Part shown: positions 1 to 10,800 of the stretch, one piece after another
Layout: every line of letters begins with the position of its first letter
Numbering within the stretch: position 1 is the first letter of the stretch
From: an uncultured Fibrobacterales bacterium
GTDB lineage: Bacteria; Fibrobacterota; Fibrobacteria; Fibrobacterales; CAWVXU01
Length of the DNA: 21,898 nt
NCBI GenBank assembly: GCA_963934255.1
Contig: CAWVXU010000041.1
Span: 1 to 21,898 of the forward strand
Direction: 5' to 3'
Translations under genes and position numbers: made by a program
Notes under the pieces: model-generated
What the model saw: only the letters and a program-made list of their open reading frames with translations
What the model was told of the DNA's origin: nothing
Database searches by the model: none

Positions 1-1
1 T

Positions 2-559
2 GATGCTGTCACAGCTGCAATTAGCAAGAAAAATTTAAACTATCACAGTCGTGGTGTTGGATATGCGCTAGGGTCGGAAGTTTCATTTAAATATGATCCT
101 AATCGAACATGGCGAGGCTGGATATCTCTAGACGTATCTGTATCTGAGCGCAGAGACCGTGAGAATTCAAATTGGTATGCATTTAAAGAGCATAGACCTT
201 GGAATATTAAATGGCATAATTATTTTGATATGCCAAATGATTTTGAACTTGCTATTAAGGGAACTATGAGCGCAGGAAAGGCATATACCGGATTTAAAAC
301 ATTCCCGAATAAATCGGATACAGTACTCGTCATCGAGGAAAAGAATTCTAGACGGTTTGCTCCATATACACGAGTGGATCTACGACTATCCCAAGAGGAT
401 ACTTTCTTTGGCTATCCTGCGACTTCATATTTTGAGGTATGGAATATGTTTAATGAACCAAACTATATCTTAACAGATAGTGAGACTGGGGAATTTAAAT
501 CGGTGGAATACAATTATCCTATCCCTATATTTTTCGTAGGCTACGAGGTTCGTTTTTAA
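2..559 (+). CDS. TonB-dependent outer-membrane receptor, C-terminal part (5' end outside the window)
   Basis: The frame of the 230..559 ORF is open back to position 2 (DAVTAAISKKNLNYHSRGVGYALGSEVSFKY...). It has alternating beta-strand patterns, TBDR C-terminal hallmarks (Y-x-R-V-D-L, F-E-V-W-N-M-F-N) and a terminal Phe (GYEVRF). tonB follows directly. Confidence 0.85.
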   Translation, partial: DAVTAAISKKNLNYHSRGVGYALGSEVSFKYDPNRTWRGWISLDVSVSERRDRENSNWYAFKEHRPWNIKWHNYFDMPNDFELAIKGTMSAGKAYTGFKTFPNKSDTVLVIEEKNSRRFAPYTRVDLRLSQEDTFFGYPATSYFEVWNMFNEPNYILTDSETGEFKSVEYNYPIPIFFVGYEVRF

Positions 560-561
560 AT

Positions 562-1254
562 TTGAAACCAAGTCATAGATATATTGTTGGACTCATTGGG
601 GCTGTGATTTTTCATATTCTTGCCTTGTTATTACCCAGCGGTATTTCTTTGAGTGAACAGACAGAAAATGTTCAGTTGATGGAGTTTCAGTTTCTTAATG
701 AGGACGAACCAGAAGAGGTCCCCGTAGAAACTCCCAAGCCACCTGAAGAAGTAACTCCGCCAACGCCAGTCAAGCCTCCAGAAGAAGTCGTTGAAACACC
801 TGAAGAAGTTGTCGATGAAATCATGGATGATGTGATTGCAGATGAAGTAATTGAACCGCCTAAAGTCATGAAGCCAGTAAAGCCTGAGCCTCAGACTCTT
901 CAATCTACAAAAATAATTTCTTCGGCTAGTCCCACACAGTCAAACCAAATATCTGCTCCGGTCAAATCATCTCAATTAGATAATTCAAACTTTAAGCCTT
1001 TTGGAAATAAGAAACCTCATTATCCTTCTTTTGCCAAGAAGTCTGGAATTGAAGGTTGGGTGAAAATTAAAGTATTAGTCAATAAAAAGGGTAAAGTAAT
1101 CAATGCCAAAGTTATCGACTATATGGGGCATCCTTCTTTTAAAAATGCTACAATTGCTGTAGCTAGAGGCTGGCGGTTCCCTATACCTATAGCCAAAGGT
1201 AAACGCGTTGAAACTTGGTATCTTAAAAAGGTCGCTTTTCAATTAAGAGGCTAA
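562..1254 (+). CDS. tonB: Energy transducer TonB
   Basis: N-terminal TM helix with the His residue (IFHILALL), Pro/Glu-rich spacer, and a TonB_C domain (PHYPSFAKKSGIEGWVKIKVLVNKKGKV...WRF). TTG start 2 nt after the receptor stop. Confidence 0.92.
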   Translation: MKPSHRYIVGLIGAVIFHILALLLPSGISLSEQTENVQLMEFQFLNEDEPEEVPVETPKPPEEVTPPTPVKPPEEVVETPEEVVDEIMDDVIADEVIEPPKVMKPVKPEPQTLQSTKIISSASPTQSNQISAPVKSSQLDNSNFKPFGNKKPHYPSFAKKSGIEGWVKIKVLVNKKGKVINAKVIDYMGHPSFKNATIAVARGWRFPIPIAKGKRVETWYLKKVAFQLRG

Positions 1255-1307
1255 GTTGTTATATTCATCTATATTGATAGTTTTAAAATCAAGAATCGAG
1301 AAGACTA

Positions 1308-2366
1308 GTGAGTCGTTTCCAGACATCAAAATCAGAAAGTGAATTATCAGAATTTCCTTTGTTTTCTGGACGAGACTGTTATGAACTCTGTCAATTTCTC
1401 GTTGAACAAGGCGTGGTGGTCGATGACTTCCTCTATGAGCAGGGCGCCTCATTTGGTGACTTTGAAGTGGATCTCAAACAATTTTCTGCAGATTTTTATC
1501 AAGCCATCGTCATCTTTGCTTTGGAACAAACTCAAGATAGTGAGCTTGGTCGTCATCTAGGGATTTATATGTCAAAAAGAGCTGCTCATTTGGCTGCTAA
1601 AGTTTCACACAACGCAAGAAGTTTAGGTGAAGCACTTTATTACGTGACTGAATTTAGTGAAATGGGTTGCGCGGCTGTTTCTTTGTCCTTTGATTGTTTT
1701 TTACCTCACGAACACAAAGAGTTTTTTGGTGAAGATTTTGATTTGACTAATCAATATGATGGGGCTATTGGCATTCATATTGATCCTGAGTGGGCCTTGG
1801 AATTCAGTGAATCTCAAAAGCTCACCTTGGATTTAGTAAAGACCTATGTCCTGCATTTTCTGACTCATTTTGGTATACAATCTAAAAGTTGGGATAATCA
1901 TGCTATCAATATCAGTAGTGATGAGCTGCAGCAGACCTTGGACTCCTCAGCGCGAGAACTTTTACAAATTCAGGTGGACTATGTGGACTCTGAATTAAGA
2001 AAAGTTCAAACTTCAAACAACCTAAGAGCCAGACTCAAGAGATATCTTTTGAAATATATCGGTATGGAAATGCCAACATTAATTGAAATGTCAGAAGTAC
2101 TTTGTATGTCGAGTCGTCAATTGCAAAAGGGTCTAGCGAAAGAATCAACTTCATTTCAAAAAACTTTAGATTCTATTCGGATTGGCTTTGCTTTAAAGTG
2201 TTTGGAAAAACATTTTAAAGTAGATGAGTTTTTAAGAAAAATAGGATTTCAAAATCAACAATCTTTTTTAAAATTTTTCAAAAAAGAAATTGGTACCTCA
2301 CCGGCAGTTTATCGAAAAAAGTTTCAAGTGCCGAGTGAAAGTGTGAATCATAGTAATCTGAATTAA
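1308..2366 (+). CDS. AraC-family transcriptional regulator with N-terminal ligand-binding domain (OruR/Arabinose_bd_2-like layout)
   Basis: C-terminal AraC double HTH (PTLIEMSEVLCMSSRQLQKGL...GFQNQQSFLKFFKKEIGTSPAVYRK). The length of about 350 aa and the N-terminal D-S-E-L-G-R-H-L-G segment fit this subfamily. The GTG start is uncertain. Confidence 0.85.
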   Translation: MSRFQTSKSESELSEFPLFSGRDCYELCQFLVEQGVVVDDFLYEQGASFGDFEVDLKQFSADFYQAIVIFALEQTQDSELGRHLGIYMSKRAAHLAAKVSHNARSLGEALYYVTEFSEMGCAAVSLSFDCFLPHEHKEFFGEDFDLTNQYDGAIGIHIDPEWALEFSESQKLTLDLVKTYVLHFLTHFGIQSKSWDNHAINISSDELQQTLDSSARELLQIQVDYVDSELRKVQTSNNLRARLKRYLLKYIGMEMPTLIEMSEVLCMSSRQLQKGLAKESTSFQKTLDSIRIGFALKCLEKHFKVDEFLRKIGFQNQQSFLKFFKKEIGTSPAVYRKKFQVPSESVNHSNLN

Positions 2367-2381
2367 AAATGAATCATATGG

Positions 2382-3113
2382 TTATTTGTTTTCTAATTTC
2401 TTAGCTGATTTTCTGGCCCGAACTGCTGCACGATGTTTCTTAGCTTCGGCTTCGAGTCGTCCCTTGACTCCGTGAATAGAACAAATGGGGCAAGCCTCAA
2501 TATCATGGCCTCTAGCCTGACAAAATTGCCGCCCGAAAAAAATAATTTGAAGATGTAATTTATTCCACAATTCGCGTGGGAAAAGTCTCTTACAATCTTT
2601 TTCAGTTTGTTCAACATTTTTACCATTAGTTAAACCCCAACGAATGCCAAGTCTATGGATATGAGTATCCACAGGAAAAGCAGGTACACCAAAAGCTTGA
2701 GACATCACCACTGATGCAGTTTTGTGTCCTACAGCTGGAAGTGCTTCTAGAGATTCAAAACTTTGTGGAACCTCACCACCATGTTGGTCAATGATGATAT
2801 GAGAAAGCCCGTGTATACCTTTTGATTTCATAGGACTGAGTCCGCAAGGACGGATGATGGCTTTAATCTCCTCAACAGACATCTTAATCATGTCATAGGG
2901 ATTGTTGGCCTTAGCAAATAGAGCTGGCGTGATAAGGTTGACTCGTTCATCTGTACATTGAGCTGATAGTAGTACAGCGATCAAAAGTGTATAGGCATCG
3001 GTATGATCCAATGGTACCGGTGTTTCTGGATAAAGTTCTTCTAGTTTATCGAGTATAAACTGAACTTTAATTTTTTTTTGAGATAAGGGAGTGTCAGTAG
3101 TAGATTGAGTCAT
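2382..3113 (-). CDS. nth: Endonuclease III (HhH-GPD DNA glycosylase/AP lyase)
   Basis: LLIAVLLSAQCTDERVN, HhH motif LPAVGHKTA with the catalytic Lys, and FPVDTHIHR with the catalytic Asp. Confidence 0.96.
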   Translation of the reverse strand: MTQSTTDTPLSQKKIKVQFILDKLEELYPETPVPLDHTDAYTLLIAVLLSAQCTDERVNLITPALFAKANNPYDMIKMSVEEIKAIIRPCGLSPMKSKGIHGLSHIIIDQHGGEVPQSFESLEALPAVGHKTASVVMSQAFGVPAFPVDTHIHRLGIRWGLTNGKNVEQTEKDCKRLFPRELWNKLHLQIIFFGRQFCQARGHDIEACPICSIHGVKGRLEAEAKKHRAAVRARKSAKKLENK

Positions 3114-3139
3114 GTAGATAATTTTCGTTAAATTTATGT

Positions 3140-3769
3140 TTAGGTGATTTCTTTCAATCGTTTGGCACTCGGTTTGTTTTCAATGAATTCCAATGGAAGA
3201 TTTTCACGAAGTTCAGCTGGTAAATTCATCACCAAAATCTCACCGGCTCCGCGCACATCAGTAATCAGCTTGATATATCTCGGTGGTTCCTCACCCTTTT
3301 GTAAAAAATGTAAAACGGCAACTGCTTGCAAGCACTTCGCATTGTGACCATTGTCAAAAAAAAGGGTATTAGCATAAAGGTTTAAAAATTCTAAAGGGCT
3401 ATTCCAACCGAGGTGATAGAGTTTTAAAAGTTGATCAATGAGCTGGTGGGGAGTGAAATAAAAATATTCTACATTAATAATATCTTGAGTAATTAATGGT
3501 CGATAAATATCCTGATAATATTCACGTCTGAGCGCGTCAATAAATATTGAGGCTAGATTAAGCCCTTTGAGGCTAATTTTATTCGCGTTAAAAGCAATTA
3601 CATCTTGTGATATACTGGTCAAATTTTCAAATTTAAAGAACTTTGATGATCCCAAAAAGTTGACATAGGTCAGCCCATTTTTAGAAATTGTGAGAGACTT
3701 AGGTGTAAATAACCCTCTAGAATAGTCATATTGAGTGGGTATTGCTAGTTTAGAGCTAGTATCTGACAT
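3140..3769 (-). CDS. Hypothetical protein, probably co-transcribed with nth
   Basis: 209-aa ORF filling the gap between nth and mutM, with a GAGGG SD upstream of the ATG. Its stop is 26 nt before the nth start. No family recognised. Confidence 0.7.
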   Translation of the reverse strand: MSDTSSKLAIPTQYDYSRGLFTPKSLTISKNGLTYVNFLGSSKFFKFENLTSISQDVIAFNANKISLKGLNLASIFIDALRREYYQDIYRPLITQDIINVEYFYFTPHQLIDQLLKLYHLGWNSPLEFLNLYANTLFFDNGHNAKCLQAVAVLHFLQKGEEPPRYIKLITDVRGAGEILVMNLPAELRENLPLEFIENKPSAKRLKEIT

Positions 3770-3839
3770 CTTGACCCTCGAGTTATTGAAATGTTACAGC
3801 TGCTTTATCACGATTAAAATAATAGTAAATGAGATTTAG

Positions 3840-4673
3840 ATGCCGGAACTTCCTGAAGTTGAAAGTGTGAGGTTGGGCCTTGAGCCAATCCTCGGAGCGC
3901 AGATTAGCCATGTTGATTGGAACTACCCCAATCTTTGGAATAAAGAGAGCTTGCCACCAGAATTACTTGAGGGGCAACATATTCACCTCATGACTCGTAA
4001 AGGCAAGTATCTCATACTTCATACCGAAGATTTTCAGCTTTTGGTTCATTTGGGGATGAGTGGTGTTCTACTTTTACAAGACCCTGCTGACGAAGCTCGT
4101 GCTCATACGCATTTGCAGATAGAACTCAAGAAATCTAGCTCAAAGCAGCCAAACATCAGTCAAATTGTCAGATATTCTGATCCAAGAAAATTCGGTCACT
4201 TACATTTAGCTCATCAAGGTGAGAGCTTTAAACGGTGGGATAAATTAGGCCCTGATGCGATTTCTCGACAGTTTACTAGCACTTATTATTTTTCAAAAAC
4301 TCAAAACTCAATTCGTGATATCAAAGTTTATTTACTCAATCAGGAGGTGGTAGCAGGAGTGGGGAATATTTATGCTAGCGAGGCTTTATATCGGTCGGGT
4401 ATCCACCCGTCAAGGGCTGCGAGTTCGCTCAATCTCGAAGAGGTGACACTACTTGTCAAGGCAATCAAATGGATATTAAAAAAGTCAATCCAAAATCGAG
4501 GAACGACTTTCTCAGATTATAAACTGACCAATGGTAAAGATGGAGCTTTTCAAGGCTTTCTCAAAATATTTCAAAAAGAGGGGCAGACCTGTCCTGGGTG
4601 TCGCTCGACGACAATCATGAAAATGGAGCAAGATAAAAGGTCCACATTCTATTGCCCAACGTGCCAAATCTAG
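3840..4673 (+). CDS. mutM: Formamidopyrimidine-DNA glycosylase (Fpg/MutM)
   Basis: N-terminal MPELPEVE, RKGKYL, HLGMSG, DPRKFG, H2TH motif LLNQEVVAGVGNIYASEAL and a C-terminal zinc finger CPGC...RSTFYCPTCQ. Confidence 0.97.
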   Translation: MPELPEVESVRLGLEPILGAQISHVDWNYPNLWNKESLPPELLEGQHIHLMTRKGKYLILHTEDFQLLVHLGMSGVLLLQDPADEARAHTHLQIELKKSSSKQPNISQIVRYSDPRKFGHLHLAHQGESFKRWDKLGPDAISRQFTSTYYFSKTQNSIRDIKVYLLNQEVVAGVGNIYASEALYRSGIHPSRAASSLNLEEVTLLVKAIKWILKKSIQNRGTTFSDYKLTNGKDGAFQGFLKIFQKEGQTCPGCRSTTIMKMEQDKRSTFYCPTCQI

Positions 4674-4926
4674 CTGCAATTTTAACTGATATAACCTCAT
4701 CCTTCTCTATTTGATGGATTTATTAAAATGGGGCTAAAATCTTGTCGCTCGAAAAAAACTTAAATAACTCAAGCTTTAGCAATTTTAGACTGTCTTTGAT
4801 AGTGGTAGTTTATTGTTTTGATCGGTTTTGGCAGTAAAAATATTATTTTGATACAATAAAGGTGCGAAGTCTATTATTTAACTTGAATGACCTCTATCAA
4901 TTTGGAATTATTAAAAAGAGGTTTTT

Positions 4927-5481
4927 ATGTCAAAAAATTTTGTTTGCCTGATAGATTTTGATAATCGCTATATGCAACTCATCATGGATGAGTTAAAGCC
5001 CGAATTTGAAATTGTATTAGATCAAAATCATGGTCATGACTCATTAGGAGTTTTAAATGATCGAGAAGTTGAGTTCATTGTGATAAATTCAGATCAGTCG
5101 GTGGAAAAACTAAAGTCATTGATTCAATCGATGGGGCTACTCAATAAAAATGTCCCACTTGTCGTTTGTTCCTCTGTACTTCGTACAAATGATGCTGTTG
5201 ACTTGATTCGTATTGGTGTGAGAGATGTTATTGAAACTCCATTTGACGCAGGCTTTCTTTCTCGTAGGATTCAAAATATTCAACATCTCGAGTTAGGTGA
5301 TTTAGCTCGCCAAGGGATTGAAGACGATACAGTTTTGACCATCCAACTATATGAGAGAATTGCTATTGAGAAGGCATTGAAGTTCTGTAAGGGAAATCGT
5401 CGCGCCGCTGCTAATATGATTGGCGTGGGCGAGGCAACCCTCTATAGGAAGATCAAAGATTATAATATCATCGAAAAGTAA
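4927..5481 (+). CDS. Atypical response-regulator-like protein: degenerate receiver domain plus Fis-type HTH
   Basis: N-terminal receiver-fold pattern (VCLIDFD...VPLVVCSS...AVDLIRIGVRDVIETPF) and a C-terminal HTH_8 motif (ERIAIEKALKFCKGNRRAAANMIGVGEATLYRKIKDY). GAGGT SD. Confidence 0.8.
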   Translation: MSKNFVCLIDFDNRYMQLIMDELKPEFEIVLDQNHGHDSLGVLNDREVEFIVINSDQSVEKLKSLIQSMGLLNKNVPLVVCSSVLRTNDAVDLIRIGVRDVIETPFDAGFLSRRIQNIQHLELGDLARQGIEDDTVLTIQLYERIAIEKALKFCKGNRRAAANMIGVGEATLYRKIKDYNIIEK

Positions 5482-5509
5482 ATATCAATTCCTCAGTTCA
5501 AAATAGATC

Positions 5510-7843
5510 TTATTTTCTAACGACCTCAAATTTTCTCCTTTGAGTATTGCCATCTTTATCTTGAACGGATAAGCTGTGAGATCCTACATCAAGATAGGCC
5601 TCAATTTGATGAATCTCTACCGTACTGCTTAAATACTTCCCGTTGATAAACCAATAGAGAACTTCTTGCTCATTGTGATGTTGTGCATCAAAATAGATTC
5701 CCTGAGTTTTATTGTTGAGCATCTTTGGCAAAATAATTTTAGAATGATTGTCTGGATAGGTGATTTGAAAGTTTGTTTTTTGGATGGGACATTGAGTGCT
5801 CCAGTCTAATATTTTCTTTGCTTGATTGAGTTGATAGTAATGAGACATCTTAGGTGGCAGCTGAAAAATAGTGCTGTCTCGCGCTTCATTAAAATCTTTA
5901 CACTGACTATGTACTCTCTCTCCCGCCAGATTTAATTGGATATTCACATGATAGGGGCAGACTTTCATTTGATTAGTCTTGGGTAATGCTCTGACTTCTT
6001 GACTAGGGCAAATGGAACTGGCTAGATATCCAGAATGTGCACAGGTGGTTGCTTGAGATTGAAAATCGTTATTGGCCCATTGAGAGGAAGTTTTTTTTTG
6101 GTGAAGCTGGTTTAAAACTTTAAAGAGTAGCGGTGCTGCGACTTTAACACCAGTGAGGCCTGGTCGACCTTCACTAGAAGCATTACCTATCCATACTCCT
6201 ATGACATAGTCCGGCGTGACCCCGAGGCTCCACGCATCTCTAAACCCCCAACTAGTGCCGGTCTTATAGGCGACTCTTGTGCCCACTCCAAGAGTTTGCC
6301 AGAGACGCTCATCATCTGGTCGATTGACCTTCATCATCGCCTCAAGTGTCAGTTGAGCTGATTGAGGCGAAATAGGAGTGTACTTTGCCTGAGAGAGATT
6401 ATTTACTGAAGTCAAAAATAGTTTCCTATAGGCGTGACTGAGTTCCCAAAGACTAGTCTCGGCTCCCCCTAGGGCTAAGGTGAGACCATAATATCGGTCA
6501 TCTTGTTGCATGTGTTTAAGCCCCCATTTATCTAGATCATCTTGGAACGGTCCGACTCCTACTTGTTGAAGCAAATGAACTGCAGGGATATTTAAGCTTC
6601 TAGCGAGTGCTTGCCAAGCTGGGACTACTCCACGATAATTCTGATTAAAATTAAGTGGTCTATAGGCTCCAAATCTTGACGGATAATCAGGGAGTAAAGA
6701 TCCGGGTAAGATGATTCCTCGCTCTAGAGCACTTCCATAGAGAAAAGGCTTTAAGGTGGAACCAGGAGATCTAAATGCTTGAATCATGTCTACTTGGATA
6801 GAGTTTTTATGGGGTTTGGACTTTGCGAGGGTTCTATCAGCTGAATCATCAGCAGGAGTATTTCCTAGATAAACTATTGGTAAACCAGTTTTAATATCCA
6901 AAATTATTATGGCGTTATTATAAATGAAGTTCTTCTTTAAGTGCTGCATATAATGGGTGGATAAAGTTTTTACTTGAGATTGTAGTTCTTTATCCAAAGC
7001 GCTTTTCGGGCAGTTTTGGCAATAAATAAAATGTTCAGCCAAGTCAGGGAAGGACTGCAGTTCGTAGGGAATCTCTTCTTCCACAGAAAGATCAAAGTCT
7101 TCTTTTGATAAGATGTCTTTATGATAGAGTCGTTCTAGAAGTGCGTTGCGCTTAGCTTGAAGTTGAGATCGGTTGGTTTTGAGGTTGAGTTGGGATGGAT
7201 TATTCGGGAGTATAGCCAGGAGAGTTGCTTGAGCCCAACTCATTTCATTTTGCGATCGACCGAAGTATCTCCAACTCGCGGCTTCCAACCCAACTACATT
7301 ACCTCCTAGTGGTGCATGATTAGCATAGAGTGCCATAATTTCTTTTTTAGAAAGTCTTATTTCCAATTGCAAAGCTTGTAAAGTCTCACTGATCTTATTG
7401 TATAAATTACGTTGGTTAGGTCTTTTAAAGGCTCGCTCTTTCATTCGAATAATCTGCATACTCAAAGTAGATGCACCACTAGTTACTTTTTTATTTTTAA
7501 TATTTAAGTATATAGCTCGAGCAACAGCTTTCAAGTCCACACCATGATGCAGGTAAAAGTTTTTATCCTCAAATTCTATCAAGGCCTTCTCAAATTTTGA
7601 AGAAACCTGACTTTGGCTTGGAAAACGCCACTGACCATCTGAGGCGACTCTAGCTGACATGAGTTCATTTTGAGAACTCCAAACGACTTGAGAATAAGTG
7701 GTTGGGAAAACCGGAAATTGTAGACGATTTGAGACGAGTGTAAAAGAACACATTAGAACAATAAAGGAAACTCCCCAGAGGAGTTTCCAATAATAATGAA
7801 GTAAGTTCAAATATTCAAATAGTGAAATGAAAAATTTATACAT
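5510..7843 (-). CDS. pbpC: Penicillin-binding protein 1C
   Basis: Transglycosylase motifs (FEDKNFYLHHGVD, SGASTLSMQ), transpeptidase motifs SxxK (GSTLKP), SLN and KTG, and a C-terminal BiPBP_C-like domain. It lies directly downstream of alpha-2-macroglobulin. I placed the start at ATG 7843, just after the A2M stop, rather than at the ORF-track start 7873. Confidence 0.95.
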   Translation of the reverse strand: MYKFFISLFEYLNLLHYYWKLLWGVSFIVLMCSFTLVSNRLQFPVFPTTYSQVVWSSQNELMSARVASDGQWRFPSQSQVSSKFEKALIEFEDKNFYLHHGVDLKAVARAIYLNIKNKKVTSGASTLSMQIIRMKERAFKRPNQRNLYNKISETLQALQLEIRLSKKEIMALYANHAPLGGNVVGLEAASWRYFGRSQNEMSWAQATLLAILPNNPSQLNLKTNRSQLQAKRNALLERLYHKDILSKEDFDLSVEEEIPYELQSFPDLAEHFIYCQNCPKSALDKELQSQVKTLSTHYMQHLKKNFIYNNAIIILDIKTGLPIVYLGNTPADDSADRTLAKSKPHKNSIQVDMIQAFRSPGSTLKPFLYGSALERGIILPGSLLPDYPSRFGAYRPLNFNQNYRGVVPAWQALARSLNIPAVHLLQQVGVGPFQDDLDKWGLKHMQQDDRYYGLTLALGGAETSLWELSHAYRKLFLTSVNNLSQAKYTPISPQSAQLTLEAMMKVNRPDDERLWQTLGVGTRVAYKTGTSWGFRDAWSLGVTPDYVIGVWIGNASSEGRPGLTGVKVAAPLLFKVLNQLHQKKTSSQWANNDFQSQATTCAHSGYLASSICPSQEVRALPKTNQMKVCPYHVNIQLNLAGERVHSQCKDFNEARDSTIFQLPPKMSHYYQLNQAKKILDWSTQCPIQKTNFQITYPDNHSKIILPKMLNNKTQGIYFDAQHHNEQEVLYWFINGKYLSSTVEIHQIEAYLDVGSHSLSVQDKDGNTQRRKFEVVRK

Positions 7844-7845
7844 AA

Positions 7846-10800
7846 TTAAGGATTGTGAATGACCTTGACCCATGACCCAGATGTTCTTGCCTGAATATTT
7901 AAATTATACATGTGCTCGATATAGGCTCCACTATGATAATATTGTCCAGCGTAGGATGCTTTGATAGGGATCCTAAACTTGCGAGTTTCATTAGGTTGTA
8001 AATGGAAGAAGTAATAAACGCGATCATCTCTAATGTCTGAGTAATCACCTTCCCTATAAACTTGATCATGACTTTCGAGTCCTGCGAATTCCCAGCCAGT
8101 GGGTAATATTTTAGTGAGGGCTAGATGACTCATCTTGAGAGAACTTGGATTCTTAGCTTCAATTTCCAAAATAATATCATCACCTTGGGCTGTGTTTTTG
8201 ATATTCATTTTTTTGCCAGCTAGATTGGTAAAACGTTCAGTCAGTGAGATTCCTTTTTGGATGATTTTTTCTAAACCCAGTTCAGGATGAAATTCCTTTA
8301 AAAGTTGGATATGTACAGGTGACTCACTCGTGTTGGTCAAACTAAATTGGTACCGAGAATTGTTTAGTTCAACTTTCTCTCTTAAGATTGATTTATTCGT
8401 TGAGAATTTCCTTGATTTAATTCCATTCAGTTTTTTGGCAGTTAATTTTATTTCGCTCTGCTTGCCTTGTGACTTTTTCCATTGAGCAATAGATTTGAGG
8501 GCCCATGCTGTTGATTGAGTACTATGCCAATTTTTAGATGAAACTGTTTTGATAAGCTCTCCGCCAAGAATAAATGCTGGTTCGCTAAGATTCATAGTTG
8601 TCATCATTTCTAGTAGCATGGATTGGTTACGCAGATTACTACCTAAGGTTTGGGTATCAAAATGAACATTTTCAAGCGTTGTTGCACTCAATGACTCGAC
8701 AATTTTTTTACTGATACCAACAGAGCCTTTGAGATGATATGTTGCGGCGAGAAACCATTTGATGTCATCTTTTAAATTTTTATTTTGATAGAAACGGTTG
8801 AGAGTAGAATTAGGAAGTTCATTTGCAAGGGCTAATACATAAAGTCTATAGGCCTGTATTCTATGACTAGAATAATGCAATATGTTATCTACCGGTGATC
8901 TCCATTTACGAGCTTGGAGTTTCAGGGCTTTAATTAATGATTTGTAAAATACTGGATCAACTAAATAGCCTTTTTTCTTGGCCTCGACTAGGAAATGAGC
9001 CGCATAGATGGATCCCCAATTATGTGTTTTCGATTGTCCAGCCCAGTAGCCTAAGAGTCCGCTGGAATTTCTAAAGGTCTGAAGTCTTTTGATAGCTCCA
9101 CTGATGTTTGTTTGTATACGGTCTAATTCATCAGGAACTAGGTCAACTAGGTCATTAAGATAGAGTTGTGGAAAAGCCTTAGAAGTGGTTTGTTCTACAC
9201 AACCATAAGGGTAGCCCATAAGATATTTAAGTCGATGTTCAATATTGAGCGGTTCATTAATACTGGCAGTCAAACTCAAGTGTTGGTGATTTTCATATCC
9301 GGAAATTTTACCTTTGAATTGATGAGTTGCTCCTGGAGCTAAGACTAAGTTTTCTGCATTTCGTTCAAAGGAGACCGGAGTACGTATATCGATTTCAATT
9401 TCATCCCTACTGATATTAGAACTAGACTTTGCTTCAAAACTGATTTTTGTTTTCTTAATTTTATTTGCAACCTGCAAAGGAACCATAATAATAGTATCAG
9501 TTTGAGCTTCAAGTGTTAACTGCCCCCATGAATCAGCAAGGCTTTTAAAGTCGTCTGAGGTGTGGATCTTCCAATCAACTTTCTCAGACTTCTTACCCAT
9601 ATTAAATATTTGTAGAGGGACTTCAACTTTTTCGCCTGGCCCCAGGACCCTTGGCAGAGTTGCTTGAATCATGATATCTTGTCTCACTGGAACTGCTACA
9701 TCACTTGATCCAAATGTTTTATTACGAGGGTCGGCGGCCACAACCATCACTCGAAGTGATCCAACATAGGAAGGCAGCTCTATTGAGTGTTTTTCTTTTT
9801 GTCCTGGCTTGAGATGAAAGGGCCCTGCAAACCTCACCATGGCCTTAAATCTTTTGGCACTTTGTTTGGCTCGGTTAGTTGCTCCACCACCAATAGAAAG
9901 CAAGTAATCTAGATTGCCTTCGTAAGCTCCCATCACTTGGTCATAAAGATCCCAAGTACGAACACCTAGAGTTTGTCTTTTGTAAAATAAATGATGAGGG
10001 TTGGGCGTTGTAAAGTTGGTCAAATCAAGTATGCCTTCATCGACAAAGGCTAAAGTATAAGACATACTCTTACCAGACTTCTCACTGACTTCAATATGAG
10101 CCTTTTTGAGGGGCTTGAAAGATTCTGGATGTGTGATGATAGGCTCTAATAAGGTGACGGGGTCTTTTATCTCAATTGGGATGACACCATATAACCTGAG
10201 TGGTAGATCATTCTTTTTACCTTGACTAGGTTGGACTAGTACGACACTAATATAAGCGTTGGGACTTGATCCTGGTGGAATAGTCAATGATATTTCATTG
10301 GCTCCGGATTTGGCGGGTGTCCAAAATTGGTGTAGTACGCGAGAGCCATTTTCTAAGCTCACCCAGAAATACCCTTGATCTGAGCTAGGAACTTTGATCT
10401 TGACTGTTTCACCTATATTGTAAGTTTGTTTATCACTGGCAAAAGCCAAAATTTGTGGCCCTTGATTTCCACTCTCTTGAGCTCGACCAGCCCAACCAGG
10501 CCAATCAATAAATATTATTTTTGAACTACAATGTTTTCCAATCCGATCACATGCTCTTACGAGGTAACGCCCCCATTCAGGTTTGTTCACCCTTATTTTC
10601 CAATCACCGGTACCCTTGTTTAAGTCAATAGTAGAATTTGTTAAAAGAGTTGCTCCATTAGCACTCAGATAATTTGTACTGTTTTTTTCGTTTTTTACCC
10701 ACCACCATTTCCAATTCAATTTATATAAGCTGACATCAACTTCTTTTAATTGAGTCAAGGAACCATCTGGTTTTTTAGCTACAACTTTTATTATTTGATC

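Noticed and set aside
700..890. Repetitive CCTGAAGAAGT/CCAGAAGAAGT-like units
   Set aside because: These are codons for the Pro/Glu-rich TonB spacer (PEEV repeats), not a CRISPR array or a DNA-level repeat. The antisense ORFs 631-903 and 687-869 are shadows of tonB.
4828..4846. TTGGCA upstream of the receiver-Fis gene as a sigma54 promoter
   Set aside because: There is no GC at the -12 position.
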